A DNA stretch of 64,000 nt from a virus. A program made the translations under genes and the position numbers. This document shows positions 10,345-20,424 of this stretch, piece after piece (the stretch's first letter is position 1; every line of letters starts with the position of its first letter). The notes beneath the pieces were generated by a model, which saw nothing but the letters and a program-made list of their open reading frames with translations, was not told where the DNA came from and made no database searches. The stretch is from positions 1-64,000 of IMG/VR virus record IMGVR_UViG_3300009009_000011; one strand, 5' to 3'.

Positions 10345-11313
10345 TTAACCTCTCTTATACTCTTCTATAGAATTGTATTTGAGATTGTTAACAAATGTTA
10401 ATATTTTGGGTTCACCTTCCCGATTTTTTAGAAAATGCATATAAACCATATCTCGTACAGGCAAACCGCTTGGATAGTCTTTTGTACCTGGTCCATAATC
10501 ATTTATTCCTATTAATTCGGGTCTATGTAATACAACAACATAATCAGAAGTTTGAAATATAGAATCACTACCGAAAATATCTTTACGCATTGGATAATGC
10601 ATATTTCTATTTGCGATTCTCTCACTGCTTTCAATATCTCTATTCATTTGGCTAATCTGTATAATTGTAGTTTTACCTACTTTTTTAGCTTCAATAAATA
10701 CCTTTTGTAGCTCGTGTAATATACCCCTTTCCCTATCCCCAGAGGAACCCCTGGTTAATAAAGTGTGATCGAGTATAACCAATAACCACTTATTATGAGC
10801 TATTGAATATTGAAAGTGTTTGATTGTGTCCCGTATTTCATCAACAGTACCAGGACTATCTACGTAATAAATAGGGTATTTGCTGATTACTTCTGCATGT
10901 TTTTTAATGAGATTTACATCATCTTCACTTAGTTTGTCTTTTGTATTTTCCGTACCAGTGTACAGTTCACTGGTAGTTCTTCTCATTTTGTAAGATAGTT
11001 TACGTCCTATCTGACGAGAACTTAACATTTCAAAACTAAACGATAGTACTATTAATTCTTCTTCTTTATTCAAGTCAAATAAATCTGTTTCCAGACTATT
11101 GACGAATGAAGATTTACCAGAACCACTAATACCTGCAATGGTGTAAATAACATTAGGTTCAATACCGCCCATACACGTTCTATTAAATTTCTGCCACCGA
11201 GTTCTTAACGACTTGCTAACTCCTGTTCGTCTGTTATCAATATACTTTAGTATTTCGGTAGTAGGCTCTTTAATATGTTTATATTGTAGTATGTTATTCA
11301 ATGTCTGTTCCAT
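10345..11313 (-). CDS. dnaB: Replicative DNA helicase, DnaB-like C-terminal domain
   Basis: GISGSGKS, FSFEM, ILDH, SQMNR and LKNREG motifs. Confidence 0.92.
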   Translation of the reverse strand: MEQTLNNILQYKHIKEPTTEILKYIDNRRTGVSKSLRTRWQKFNRTCMGGIEPNVIYTIAGISGSGKSSFVNSLETDLFDLNKEEELIVLSFSFEMLSSRQIGRKLSYKMRRTTSELYTGTENTKDKLSEDDVNLIKKHAEVISKYPIYYVDSPGTVDEIRDTIKHFQYSIAHNKWLLVILDHTLLTRGSSGDRERGILHELQKVFIEAKKVGKTTIIQISQMNRDIESSERIANRNMHYPMRKDIFGSDSIFQTSDYVVVLHRPELIGINDYGPGTKDYPSGLPVRDMVYMHFLKNREGEPKILTFVNNLKYNSIEEYKRG

Positions 11314-11881
11314 AGCCAGTTAAATTTTCATTTTGAGTAGAGACTTGACCCCCTCGGTCAGCGTCTGCATATACTTTCCATGCTTCTGATGAGAGCCACG
11401 CTGGCATACGTTTCATAAAAGCTAATTGACCTCTACGAGAGCGGTCTTCAACTTCTAGTTTTAAACATTTCATTAATAACTCGTGTTTTTTTAAATCTGC
11501 ACCTACAATATTGCGGTATAAAAGGTTGCTTCGCTTATGATCTACTCTTAAATAATCGTAATTACCGTCTGGTCGTAAAACTCTAACAGGAAACGCTTTA
11601 TACAACTCCTCAAAGGAATCTAGTTTAGACTGAAAAAGATTGACAAATTTATCGGTAACTTCTATGGATGTTAGTATTGCATTTACATTGGGCGGATTCT
11701 CAATAAATTGAGTTTCATAAAGATGTTCTAAATCTTCTGTAATTTTATTTAGAGTAGATGAAGCTCTTAAATATCTTTCCAAAAGTTTTAATTCACCTTC
11801 ATAAGCAAGCTTTAATATTACATATTGGTGAACGGATATTCTACATTCTGTTAAATACTTTAAATCTACTTCTATTATCAT
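11294..11881 (-). CDS. Hypothetical protein, possible helicase loader/replication initiator
   Basis: Overlaps the DnaB start; FEELYKAFP and FMKRMPAWL resemble phage initiator C-terminal domains. Confidence 0.5.
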   Translation of the reverse strand: MIIEVDLKYLTECRISVHQYVILKLAYEGELKLLERYLRASSTLNKITEDLEHLYETQFIENPPNVNAILTSIEVTDKFVNLFQSKLDSFEELYKAFPVRVLRPDGNYDYLRVDHKRSNLLYRNIVGADLKKHELLMKCLKLEVEDRSRRGQLAFMKRMPAWLSSEAWKVYADADRGGQVSTQNENLTGYGTDIE

Positions 11882-11932
11882 TATGTTTTAAGTTTAATAG
11901 GTAGAATATTTGATACAGAATGAAAATGTTTG

Positions 11933-12292
11933 TTATTTTTTTAATACCCGTATAAATTTTATTTTGTTATTTTTGATTGTTATTACAGATTTAAAAACTA
12001 TTTCTTTGTGGGAATGTAGTCTTTGTAATCTGTCTACTGTAGTATTCATTTTGAATACTTCTTTTAGTGCATCAACTTTATCTGTAATAGGTAATACCCC
12101 AAATAAAGGGTATAATTCATCTATTAAATCTAAAGCTAATCGTAGTTCTTTACTGGATGGAGAATTTGTAGGTATAAAGGATATTGTATCCATTATATCG
12201 AAATCATTATCATATTCTAATAACAGTAATTTGTTATGTGGATAATCTTCTGCAAATTCTATAAAGCTGTCTATATAATAGGAACATAACAT
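11933..12292 (-). CDS. Hypothetical protein
   Basis: 119-aa ORF within the operon. Confidence 0.6.
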   Translation of the reverse strand: MLCSYYIDSFIEFAEDYPHNKLLLLEYDNDFDIMDTISFIPTNSPSSKELRLALDLIDELYPLFGVLPITDKVDALKEVFKMNTTVDRLQRLHSHKEIVFKSVITIKNNKIKFIRVLKK

Positions 12293-12293
12293 A

Positions 12294-12680
12294 TTATTCT
12301 GTATTTATGTTTAATGTTTTATTACAATGATAAATAAAGTTTCCATCTAAACTCCATATCCCTTTTACTTTGGTATTACTATTTATCATTATAATTTGTA
12401 AATTGTCATCATCTAGATGCCATATAAAATCAGGATTATTCAGAAAAAAATTACATTTACTTTCCATATTTGTAAAATGAATATTTTCTTTTTTTATTCC
12501 TAACTTATTTACAACTTCAAATAAATCCTCGTGGTTACATTCAAAAGAATATTTACTTGGATCTTCATATCTACTTGTAACAATATGTACTTCTATTCCC
12601 TCTTCCATTAGTTTCTTTGCATAATTTTGTATACTTTGAAACTCTAAGGTATTGTCAAAATCGAAACTAACTTTTTTCAT
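12294..12680 (-). CDS. HAD-superfamily phosphatase-like protein
   Basis: SFDFDNTL (DxD), IVTSR and HLDDD motifs. Confidence 0.8.
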   Translation of the reverse strand: MKKVSFDFDNTLEFQSIQNYAKKLMEEGIEVHIVTSRYEDPSKYSFECNHEDLFEVVNKLGIKKENIHFTNMESKCNFFLNNPDFIWHLDDDNLQIIMINSNTKVKGIWSLDGNFIYHCNKTLNINTE

Positions 12681-12681
12681 T

Positions 12682-14553
12682 TTAAAATAGAGTTAATTGT
12701 GGATTAATAATTAAATCAATAATCTTTTGTGTATTATTAATGTAATAACTATAATCTATATTATAATGTAGCATCCGCATACTTTCATTTGCAGATTCCC
12801 AATAATTATTAAATATCATTACTTTTTTATTAACTTCATAATTATTAGTTTTATCTTCTTCATTACAAGTTTTTAGTAATACACCACCAGTTGTTGATAC
12901 ATAATACCTTACAGATCTTTGTAGTATTTCTTTACTATATATGCCATTTTTTATTGTGTGAAATTCATTTGTAAATTTATCGTCTATCCTTTTGGCAATA
13001 CAAAAATCATTAATATCTTTGTGTTCTGTTATTGTTTTTGTTATAGGTATATTATGTATAAAATAATCATATAGTGCTATCGATATTATTGGTTTATCCC
13101 AACCTCTATTTAATGGGTCTGTACCATTATTAAACTCTTTTGGTGTGGTTTTAGTAAATACCCCTTTTTCTTTAACTTTACCATCTAGTTTTACTGCTAG
13201 GTAATTATTAACATCTCTACGAATATACTTTTTATAGTAAGTATATTCTAAAGTATACCCAGTTTCTTTTTCCCAAGTTTCACAAATCTCTTTATATAAA
13301 TTTTCATTATCAATTAATGTTATAATACCATCTGTATTGGCAGATATAACTTTAAAACCTGCCTTTACAATTTTTTCAATCAACATTAACACATATAATT
13401 GTCCATTTATTGTGATTTGCAAATTAACTAGTGGGTCATATAGAAATGAATATTTGTTTCTTGTCTTACCAATAGCTGCATTCATTATTAGTTTTAATCC
13501 CTCTGATTTTGTTTTATTATTTCTACTCTTTTCTATTAATCTGTCATCTCTAATTTGCTTAAATTTCTTTAAGAATTTTATACCAAGATGTTCTGGTGTA
13601 CATTTATGATTTATCATAGTTGTTGGATACATGCTACCTATATCTGCATCAACTATTGACATATTTTCATTTGCTTCAAACAAACCTGGTTCGTCTTCGG
13701 AATGAAGTCCCCCAATACCAAGTTTATATGTTACACCATCAAAGATTATTTTTTTAGAAAAGAATGGTTGGTCTTTGTAATATATGTGTTCTTTAACCTT
13801 TTCTAATAATTCATTTAGTATTAAAGAATCAAAATGCACATCATCAAATACCACCCAGTCAAACTTAATAAATTTACGTTCTGTTCGTAAATCTCTAAAA
13901 TCTTTAGGTTTTAAACCCGTTACTTCTGAATAGAATTTTTCTAGTAGTTTATCGGCTATACCTGTATCAGATTCATTATATAAGTTTACTTCATAAATTT
14001 TAGACAATTCATGTCTAAACTTTATTGCATTTTTTAAATGCTCATATAACCTCTCTGTTATTAATACATCATTTAAATTATAATTTGCTATTAAATCTAT
14101 TTGGCTCTTATCTACAATACTTGTATTATAAATAGGCATATCTTGTAATTTATGCCATTTAAGAGATACGCCAAGTAGTTTTAATGATTTTTTATATCTG
14201 CCTATTTTCATCAAATCAATTGATTTAAATGGTAGATTATACTTGTATTCAGATAGTTTGTCAAATATTATTCTATTTGATAATGCATTTATATTTCTGG
14301 TAGAAATATAACTTGCTTGTGTACTTATATCAAATGAATTAATATATATATAATTTAATATCTGATTATCATAATTAAATGAGTTATAGCCTATAAACCA
14401 CGAAGAGGAATTATCAAATATAAACTTGATTAACTCCTCTCCTTGGTTAATATCTTCAAATATGATAAATTTTTTAATTTCTTGAGATTTTGGATTTTTG
14501 AAAGTAACCATGAAATAATTTTCAAAAGTTTCTATATCATAGATCCATATCAT
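12682..14553 (-). CDS. polB: DNA polymerase, family B (crAss-type)
   Basis: Exo I YDIET, Exo II GYNSFNYD, Exo III YNLNDV; motif A DADIGSMYP; motif B KLIMNAAIG; motif C NTDG; DVNNY. Confidence 0.92.
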   Translation of the reverse strand: MIWIYDIETFENYFMVTFKNPKSQEIKKFIIFEDINQGEELIKFIFDNSSSWFIGYNSFNYDNQILNYIYINSFDISTQASYISTRNINALSNRIIFDKLSEYKYNLPFKSIDLMKIGRYKKSLKLLGVSLKWHKLQDMPIYNTSIVDKSQIDLIANYNLNDVLITERLYEHLKNAIKFRHELSKIYEVNLYNESDTGIADKLLEKFYSEVTGLKPKDFRDLRTERKFIKFDWVVFDDVHFDSLILNELLEKVKEHIYYKDQPFFSKKIIFDGVTYKLGIGGLHSEDEPGLFEANENMSIVDADIGSMYPTTMINHKCTPEHLGIKFLKKFKQIRDDRLIEKSRNNKTKSEGLKLIMNAAIGKTRNKYSFLYDPLVNLQITINGQLYVLMLIEKIVKAGFKVISANTDGIITLIDNENLYKEICETWEKETGYTLEYTYYKKYIRRDVNNYLAVKLDGKVKEKGVFTKTTPKEFNNGTDPLNRGWDKPIISIALYDYFIHNIPITKTITEHKDINDFCIAKRIDDKFTNEFHTIKNGIYSKEILQRSVRYYVSTTGGVLLKTCNEEDKTNNYEVNKKVMIFNNYWESANESMRMLHYNIDYSYYINNTQKIIDLIINPQLTLF

Positions 14554-14586
14554 ATTTTAAAAATTAAAAAGGAGAGCAGTACAGGC

Positions 14587-16194
14587 TCACGCAGAGTTAG
14601 TCTTACTCTCCTTTTGTTGTTTTTCTGTCTGTTTCTCTTTCTCCTGTTGCTCCTGAAGCAACTTCATATTCTTCTTTATTATTCTTCTTCGTTCACACAG
14701 TTCCGATGGATACTGCTTGGTTATTATGGTCTTATATGTTATACGTGGATACCTGTAAAAAGTTTCAATTTTATCAACTAATTCTACAAATATTTTCTTG
14801 TATATTTTGCCTTCAGAATTCTTCAAATAAGCATACTTCGGTATCTGTATTTTACATTCAACCTTTTCTGCTTGTGTGTCTGCTATTTCCATCTCACCGT
14901 GATATTTTTTACCAGATTTTATTGGTTCATATCTTATATTTTCAACTTGCGGTTCGACTTCAATAATTTGACGTTTAGAATGTCTGTCATATAAAGGAGT
15001 AGAGCGATGTTTAATTGGTTTATCTATACCAACTAATTTCTTGTTAATTGTAACATACTTGAGTGGTAGAACTTTCTTTTGTTCTACTTTTGGAATAAAT
15101 GAATTTGTAACTATTTCATTACCTTCTTCATCTTTTGTAGAAAATGGCTTATCACTCCAATATAAATCTTTTTCTGCTAAGTCTATATTGTGATATTTTT
15201 TCCACTCAACTTTTTTGCAGTAATCATAATGACTACCAGTTGTTACTAATTTAAGGGCTTCGGATTTTGTAATGCGTTCTATTTCCCCTGTATTTAAATC
15301 TTTAACGCATACAAGTTTTTCCTTCTTCTTTTTCTTTACATCTGGTCTGTTAGGTCTGTTAAGTTTTGGTATTTGTTTTTTCTTTTCAGCCGGCTTTGCT
15401 GGATTATCCATCCATGCATATATTTTTACCTTTTTTGTATAGGGTTTACCATCTTTAGTTATAAAGATTTTTTCCCCTTCACCTATAAATACTTGTTTTC
15501 TAGGTGCAATTGGAATTTGATGATTAGGCCATTTACCCGTAGTATGTTGTGTATTTCGTTTTTTATCTTCTACAGATGTTGGTTCCAATAAATATTGCCA
15601 TAAAAAATCATAACCACATGGGGAAGGTTCTGGATCATTTAGCCCTAATAGCCAACGCCAATCTTGATTAAAATCTCTCCACCATTGATTAACTTCATTT
15701 GGTAATTTAATCCATGCTTTATATAGAAAAGTTCCATATATCAAACGTCGTTGCATTACTCCATTAACAATGACTCGATGTTCAAATTCATCACCAACTT
15801 TTGGTAATACAGTTACTCTTAAATGTAATGGTTTCTCTATACTTTTTTTAGATTTAGGGTCATATGATCTGTAATTATAATTAATAGTACGTATTGCATA
15901 ATTACCTGTTTCTTGACCTGGCAGTAAAAATGTTAAAGGTTTTGTCTTAAGCATTTCCTTTAATGTACAAGTTGGTATTGCTAAACCATCTCTATACATT
16001 ACTCTTTCTGCTTGAGTTTCTTTTTTTAACTGTACTTTTAAAGACAAAGGTATTCTAATATGACTCTTGCCTTTCTTTACAGTTTTTATTTTAATACATT
16101 TTCTAGTATCCTTAGTTCTACCACGGATGTTAGAGGTCTTGCATTTCAAAACATGCTTTCTTGCATATTTTTTCTTCTTCTTATATTTTGTCAT
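14587..16194 (-). CDS. Very basic 535-aa hypothetical protein
   Basis: Long K/R-rich ORF on the coding strand of the operon. Confidence 0.7.
   Translation of the reverse strand: MTKYKKKKKYARKHVLKCKTSNIRGRTKDTRKCIKIKTVKKGKSHIRIPLSLKVQLKKETQAERVMYRDGLAIPTCTLKEMLKTKPLTFLLPGQETGNYAIRTINYNYRSYDPKSKKSIEKPLHLRVTVLPKVGDEFEHRVIVNGVMQRRLIYGTFLYKAWIKLPNEVNQWWRDFNQDWRWLLGLNDPEPSPCGYDFLWQYLLEPTSVEDKKRNTQHTTGKWPNHQIPIAPRKQVFIGEGEKIFITKDGKPYTKKVKIYAWMDNPAKPAEKKKQIPKLNRPNRPDVKKKKKEKLVCVKDLNTGEIERITKSEALKLVTTGSHYDYCKKVEWKKYHNIDLAEKDLYWSDKPFSTKDEEGNEIVTNSFIPKVEQKKVLPLKYVTINKKLVGIDKPIKHRSTPLYDRHSKRQIIEVEPQVENIRYEPIKSGKKYHGEMEIADTQAEKVECKIQIPKYAYLKNSEGKIYKKIFVELVDKIETFYRYPRITYKTIITKQYPSELCERRRIIKKNMKLLQEQQEKEKQTEKQQKESKTNSA
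14739..14767 (-). promoter_or_regulatory. ECF-type promoter TGAAAC-N16-CGTATAA, about 185 nt upstream of polB
   Basis: Same spacing and -10 element as the four intergenic copies; lies within the preceding ORF. Confidence 0.55.
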
Positions 16195-16242
16195 AATGAA
16201 TCTTCTTCGTATTATTAATACTCCAATTCAAAATATGTAAAA

Positions 16243-16266
16243 GTAAGGGGGCTATTAACCCCCTAC
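16243..16266 (-). terminator. Hairpin, probable terminator
   Basis: AGGGGG...CCCCCT hairpin with an adjacent U-tract on the - strand. Confidence 0.55.
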
Positions 16267-16268
16267 TC

Positions 16269-16493
16269 CTATCCTACGAAAGGTACTTCTTCTGCTTCAG
16301 ATATAATAAATTGTATATCTGGGGCTAATTCAAGATTATTCAATTTTTCCTGAATCTCTTCTTTTCTTTCAAGTAATTGAGTTTTACGACTTACATAAAA
16401 CTCTTTGTTTAAATATGCTTGAGCTCTGTCTAGTTCATTTACACGAACTTCAATATCAAGTAATTCTTTGCGTGTTTTTTTATTTGTTGACAT
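16269..16493 (-). CDS. Hypothetical coiled-coil protein
   Basis: 74-aa ORF. Confidence 0.6.
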   Translation of the reverse strand: MSTNKKTRKELLDIEVRVNELDRAQAYLNKEFYVSRKTQLLERKEEIQEKLNNLELAPDIQFIISEAEEVPFVG

Positions 16494-16520
16494 TTTGTTA
16501 TGATTTATGTATGATTAATG

Positions 16521-17516
16521 TTAAGCCCAGTCTGTTAATATAATTGGGCAATTCCATGTATATCCACGTTTTTTGTCTAATAATTGGAATTGCATTTGGG
16601 GTGATTCTGGAGTAAATCCATATGCCCTACCCATTTCATTATATCCTATGACTGAACCGTTTATTCTAACTTTATTGCCACATAAATATTGATGCCAGTG
16701 GCCTATCCACGCCATATCAAATGGCAATACTGTGTTTTCTCTATGAATCCATTTCTTTAACGGTACTTCTATGCCGCCAATACCGCCTTGATATTGGAAA
16801 TGATTACCATGTGAGAATTTATTAATTTTACCATATATATTATAATATGTATATGGCGATTCATTAATTACAAATGTAACGTTTGTATACCCTTGTTCTT
16901 TAAAATAACTTTGTAAATGACTATACATAATATATTCGAAAGAAGTTGAAACAGAATTTTTGAATTGGTTCTTTTTTGTTATTCTTCCGTGATTACCTGT
17001 AGTACATATAACTATTATTTCTTTTAAGTTTTCATATTCTGCAAGAGTTTTAATTCCACGAATAAGTAACTCTTCGGCTAATAAAGTACCTTGAATAGGG
17101 GTCAATCTATTTGTTTGTACTAATTCTTCATGTATCCAACCTGATATAAAATCTCCAACTAAATGTAAAACTAAATTGTTAATTTTTATTCCAGATCTTG
17201 TATATACCCTTAACATATAAATTAATCTAGAGAAAAATTTTTCAGTTCTTATTTTAGCTATTTCTGGATTATATTTATTTAACCCATTAGTTATATCAGG
17301 ATTTACTATTTCATCTACATGAAGATCCCCAAACTGTGATATAGCTGTACATTCCTCTTTTAAAGATTTGTTTTCTTTAATAGTGAATTTTTCCAGACTA
17401 GTTACATTTTGAACTGATACAGCCGTGATATTATCTAAAGCTTTTTTTACTTTTTGATATTCTTCATTGATTTTTTGAAGAGCTTTTCTATCTTGTCCTC
17501 TTGTGGTTGATGCCAT
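16521..17516 (-). CDS. Calcineurin-like metallophosphoesterase
   Basis: All five motifs are present: GDLH, GDF, GNHGR, SHG and GHWH. Confidence 0.88.
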   Translation of the reverse strand: MASTTRGQDRKALQKINEEYQKVKKALDNITAVSVQNVTSLEKFTIKENKSLKEECTAISQFGDLHVDEIVNPDITNGLNKYNPEIAKIRTEKFFSRLIYMLRVYTRSGIKINNLVLHLVGDFISGWIHEELVQTNRLTPIQGTLLAEELLIRGIKTLAEYENLKEIIVICTTGNHGRITKKNQFKNSVSTSFEYIMYSHLQSYFKEQGYTNVTFVINESPYTYYNIYGKINKFSHGNHFQYQGGIGGIEVPLKKWIHRENTVLPFDMAWIGHWHQYLCGNKVRINGSVIGYNEMGRAYGFTPESPQMQFQLLDKKRGYTWNCPIILTDWA

Positions 17517-17903
17517 TTATGCTGATTTTTTAAGTTGTGATTTGTGATATTTTTTACAATTCATACCATCCCTTAAATATTTTTTACCATTGTGGAGATT
17601 TATTTTAAATATCTCCCTGTCAATTTTGCGTAATCGTTTCTTTGACATTTTTGGTTCATAACATAAAAGAAATAGTATATGAGTGTTCTTTAAATAAAGA
17701 GTCTTTTTTGTAGACACTTTATTCTTATGAGGTGTTCCGTGTATAGGGTCACCAGATATTGTATCATATCCTATTATACGTAACCTGGGTTTAATGCGTA
17801 CAACTTTTTTAGGTTTTATAGGCAATTTCCCTAAATTGATTTCCTTACGAACTTGTTTGATCATTCGTAAATTCTGTTGATTTTGTTGTCTTCTTAAATT
17901 CAT
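17517..17903 (-). CDS. Basic hypothetical protein
   Basis: 128-aa K/R-rich ORF abutting the next gene. Confidence 0.6.
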   Translation of the reverse strand: MNLRRQQNQQNLRMIKQVRKEINLGKLPIKPKKVVRIKPRLRIIGYDTISGDPIHGTPHKNKVSTKKTLYLKNTHILFLLCYEPKMSKKRLRKIDREIFKINLHNGKKYLRDGMNCKKYHKSQLKKSA

Positions 17904-17956
17904 GTTTTAAGATTTTATATGTCGATAGTATGTATCAAATAATATGAATAAATGAA

Positions 17957-17979
17957 AAGGGCTCCATTACAGAGCCCTT
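17957..17979 (-). terminator. Intrinsic terminator
   Basis: AAGGGCTC...GAGCCCTT followed by TTTT on the - strand. Confidence 0.7.
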
Positions 17980-17986
17980 AACACAA

Positions 17987-18436
17987 TTAAATATTTAAAC
18001 CTAACTTGCTTAGATCTTCAGATACTTCTATTGATACCTCCTTTGTATTAAAATTAGAAAGTTTTGTTCTAATCTCGTTGATGTCTTTATCGATTGTTGC
18101 GATTTTATCATCTATTCCGGATTTATCTAATTGAGCTTTATCCGATGCTTTTTCCTTGACATTCAATAAGAACTTCTTTTTTCCATTAAGGTTGGACAGT
18201 TTATAGATGTAATAATTGTTAGTTTTTCCATCTTCGTGTTTGCCCTTATTAGCTTCTTGAATAGTTTCTTTGATTGGTATCAAAGCTTCTTCAGCTAGTT
18301 GGATAGTCTCTAACGACTTTTCAACTTTCATTTCTGTGTTATTATAATTTAACACATATTCTTCTGAATTTTGGATAAGCTTTTCAAGCGAGTCTTTGAT
18401 TTTTATTATTGTTGATAATTGTACTCTTTTTTTCAT
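17987..18436 (-). CDS. Hypothetical helical protein
   Basis: 149-aa coiled-coil-like ORF. Confidence 0.7.
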   Translation of the reverse strand: MKKRVQLSTIIKIKDSLEKLIQNSEEYVLNYNNTEMKVEKSLETIQLAEEALIPIKETIQEANKGKHEDGKTNNYYIYKLSNLNGKKKFLLNVKEKASDKAQLDKSGIDDKIATIDKDINEIRTKLSNFNTKEVSIEVSEDLSKLGLNI

Positions 18437-18525
18437 ACTTATTTGATTTTGAAATAAAACAGCCTGTTTGTTTTATAATCTACATACCAAGCGATTAGAT
18501 TTTATTCCAAAGTAATCAAAAAGTG

Positions 18526-18999
18526 CTAAGCAGTATTAAGAATAGCAGAAACTTTATTCCAATAGTCTATTGTTTTAGGTCCCTTACCGTTCCAGTCTTT
18601 TGCAGCCTTTTCAAATGATTTTTGAGATATTTGATTACCTCTCCAATCATGGTCTGTAAAATACAGAAATACTTCTTTAGCCTTATCAAAATCATACATG
18701 TCTTTCAATGTATAATTCTTATTAGTCAATTTGTTATAATGATCAATCCTACATTGTCTAATCTGTAACCCACCAACAGCATTTTCTTTTGAGTTATATG
18801 CTGATGTATCTCTACTAGATTCAATAAAGAATATAGCATCAATTAAAGGATTATAAATAACATAACTTTCTCTCATAACTTCAGATACTGCTATAAAAGC
18901 GGTATTTTGGATACTTTCGTTAAAATTAGACTTGGTATCTGGAGCATATGAAATAAGGTTACTAAATGCTAGAAGGATCACCCATAGCAATTTTTTCAT
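18526..18999 (-). CDS. Lysozyme-like / lytic transglycosylase with signal peptide
   Basis: N-terminal MKKLLWVILLAF; catalytic IES; AVGGLQI; WNG. Confidence 0.8.
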   Translation of the reverse strand: MKKLLWVILLAFSNLISYAPDTKSNFNESIQNTAFIAVSEVMRESYVIYNPLIDAIFFIESSRDTSAYNSKENAVGGLQIRQCRIDHYNKLTNKNYTLKDMYDFDKAKEVFLYFTDHDWRGNQISQKSFEKAAKDWNGKGPKTIDYWNKVSAILNTA

Positions 19000-19051
19000 A
19001 ATATCAAATTTGGTTATACATAGGTTACCTTTAGGTAACCCCTAACAGTCT

Positions 19052-19080
19052 TTATACGTAAAAACTGCGATTTGGTTACA
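19052..19080 (-). promoter_or_regulatory. ECF-type promoter TGTAAC-N16-CGTATAA heading the replication operon
   Basis: Exact motif in an intergenic position, just downstream of a terminator-like hairpin. Confidence 0.75.
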
Positions 19081-19171
19081 ACCATTTTTGATTACTTTGT
19101 TACTTAGCGTTAGTTTCTGCAAATGCATACTTACACTTGTAACCACTTGACGGTGCTAAGAAACAAGTTTA

Positions 19172-19195
19172 ACATCCGCCTATTAGAGCGGATGT
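19172..19195 (-). terminator. Hairpin closing the early transcription unit
   Basis: ACATCCGC-ctattaga-GCGGATGT. Confidence 0.55.
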
Positions 19196-19220
19196 ATATT
19201 AATATACTGTACAATTGAAG

Positions 19221-19778
19221 TTACTCTGTTTTTATTCGTAAACTAATAATTGGCACTACTCTTTGTAGGTCCACTAATTTAGATTTTAACTTTTTCACTT
19301 TGTCTGATAGCCTGTGGCTATTTGTAGCATGTTTCATACCATTCAAAGTTTTGTCAACTTTAAACGATTGATATCTTGCTATTACTGGTTCTTTATAGTC
19401 TGCTACAATGTCAACACTTTCTGGTTCTACTATAATACATGCTTTCATATACTCTTTGTATACAACATCTAATAGATCCATACGGTCGCAATATCTAGTA
19501 AGACTGACGATAGTGGCGACTTTATCATTAAATAAACTTACATATACAGCACGGTCTGCTTTTTTACATATAAGTTTACCTACTTCTATAGGTATATATT
19601 TAATAATTATGTCTGTTACTGGTATCCTTTTTCTGAAAAGTGACCATTTAGATTTTTTCAGAATTACTATACCAGAGCGGGTTACTCTAGCGTAACCCAC
19701 CCGTGGTAATAATGAAACACACATTTCCGCAATTTTCTTACGATTACGGTATGTGAGGTAGATAATATTCTTTAACAT
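19221..19778 (-). CDS. Hypothetical protein
   Basis: 185-aa ORF with a TAATG overlap. Confidence 0.65.
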   Translation of the reverse strand: MLKNIIYLTYRNRKKIAEMCVSLLPRVGYARVTRSGIVILKKSKWSLFRKRIPVTDIIIKYIPIEVGKLICKKADRAVYVSLFNDKVATIVSLTRYCDRMDLLDVVYKEYMKACIIVEPESVDIVADYKEPVIARYQSFKVDKTLNGMKHATNSHRLSDKVKKLKSKLVDLQRVVPIISLRIKTE

Positions 19779-20371
19779 TAAGGAGATAACTTAATAAGTT
19801 CATAGAATCTTACATAGTCTTGCCCCATTAGAGCCGGCCATAATAGAGATGCTACTAATAATATTATTAAATAACATACAAACAACATAAATACATAAGC
19901 AATAGCACTACCATTTAACCTTCTGTATGACTTAACATATAGTGTTATAAGTAAAAACATAGATAAAATAGAACCTACTGCTAAACATGTACTTTGGTTA
20001 TTTTTCTGACGAATAAATTTATTAATCTGTCCAACAGAATAACCTGTACGTTGCTGTAATTGGTCCATTACAGGACCATACCTCCTTTCTTGTAGCTTTG
20101 CTAAAACAGTAATATTATCATTAAAGTTTTTAGCTACTTCTAGAAGTTCTTTATTACTTAACATCTGCAAATTAAATTTCCCTTCCAATACACCATTATT
20201 ATCCGTAATGGTTAATTGTGGATTCTGAAATTGTACATTTACAGTAATGCTGTCTGATGCTGTTTGTAATACCATGTCATCTGTATTATCTTTATCCGGA
20301 ATTTTAGTAAAGGATGGTAAGATAAAGGTAAACAAAAACATCATTGAATAAATCAATAAACGATTTCTCAT
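19778..20371 (-). CDS. Membrane protein (signal peptide plus two C-terminal TM helices)
   Basis: Hydrophobic N-terminus and two hydrophobic C-terminal segments. Confidence 0.7.
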   Translation of the reverse strand: MRNRLLIYSMMFLFTFILPSFTKIPDKDNTDDMVLQTASDSITVNVQFQNPQLTITDNNGVLEGKFNLQMLSNKELLEVAKNFNDNITVLAKLQERRYGPVMDQLQQRTGYSVGQINKFIRQKNNQSTCLAVGSILSMFLLITLYVKSYRRLNGSAIAYVFMLFVCYLIILLVASLLWPALMGQDYVRFYELIKLSP

Positions 20372-20394
20372 GATTGTAATTGATTAATTTTTGA

Positions 20395-20424
20395 TAAAAG
20401 AAAGCGGGCGCCCAACTCCCCGCC
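20395..20424 (-). terminator. Intrinsic terminator
   Basis: On the - strand, GCGGG...CCCGC followed by TTTCTTTT. Confidence 0.6.
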
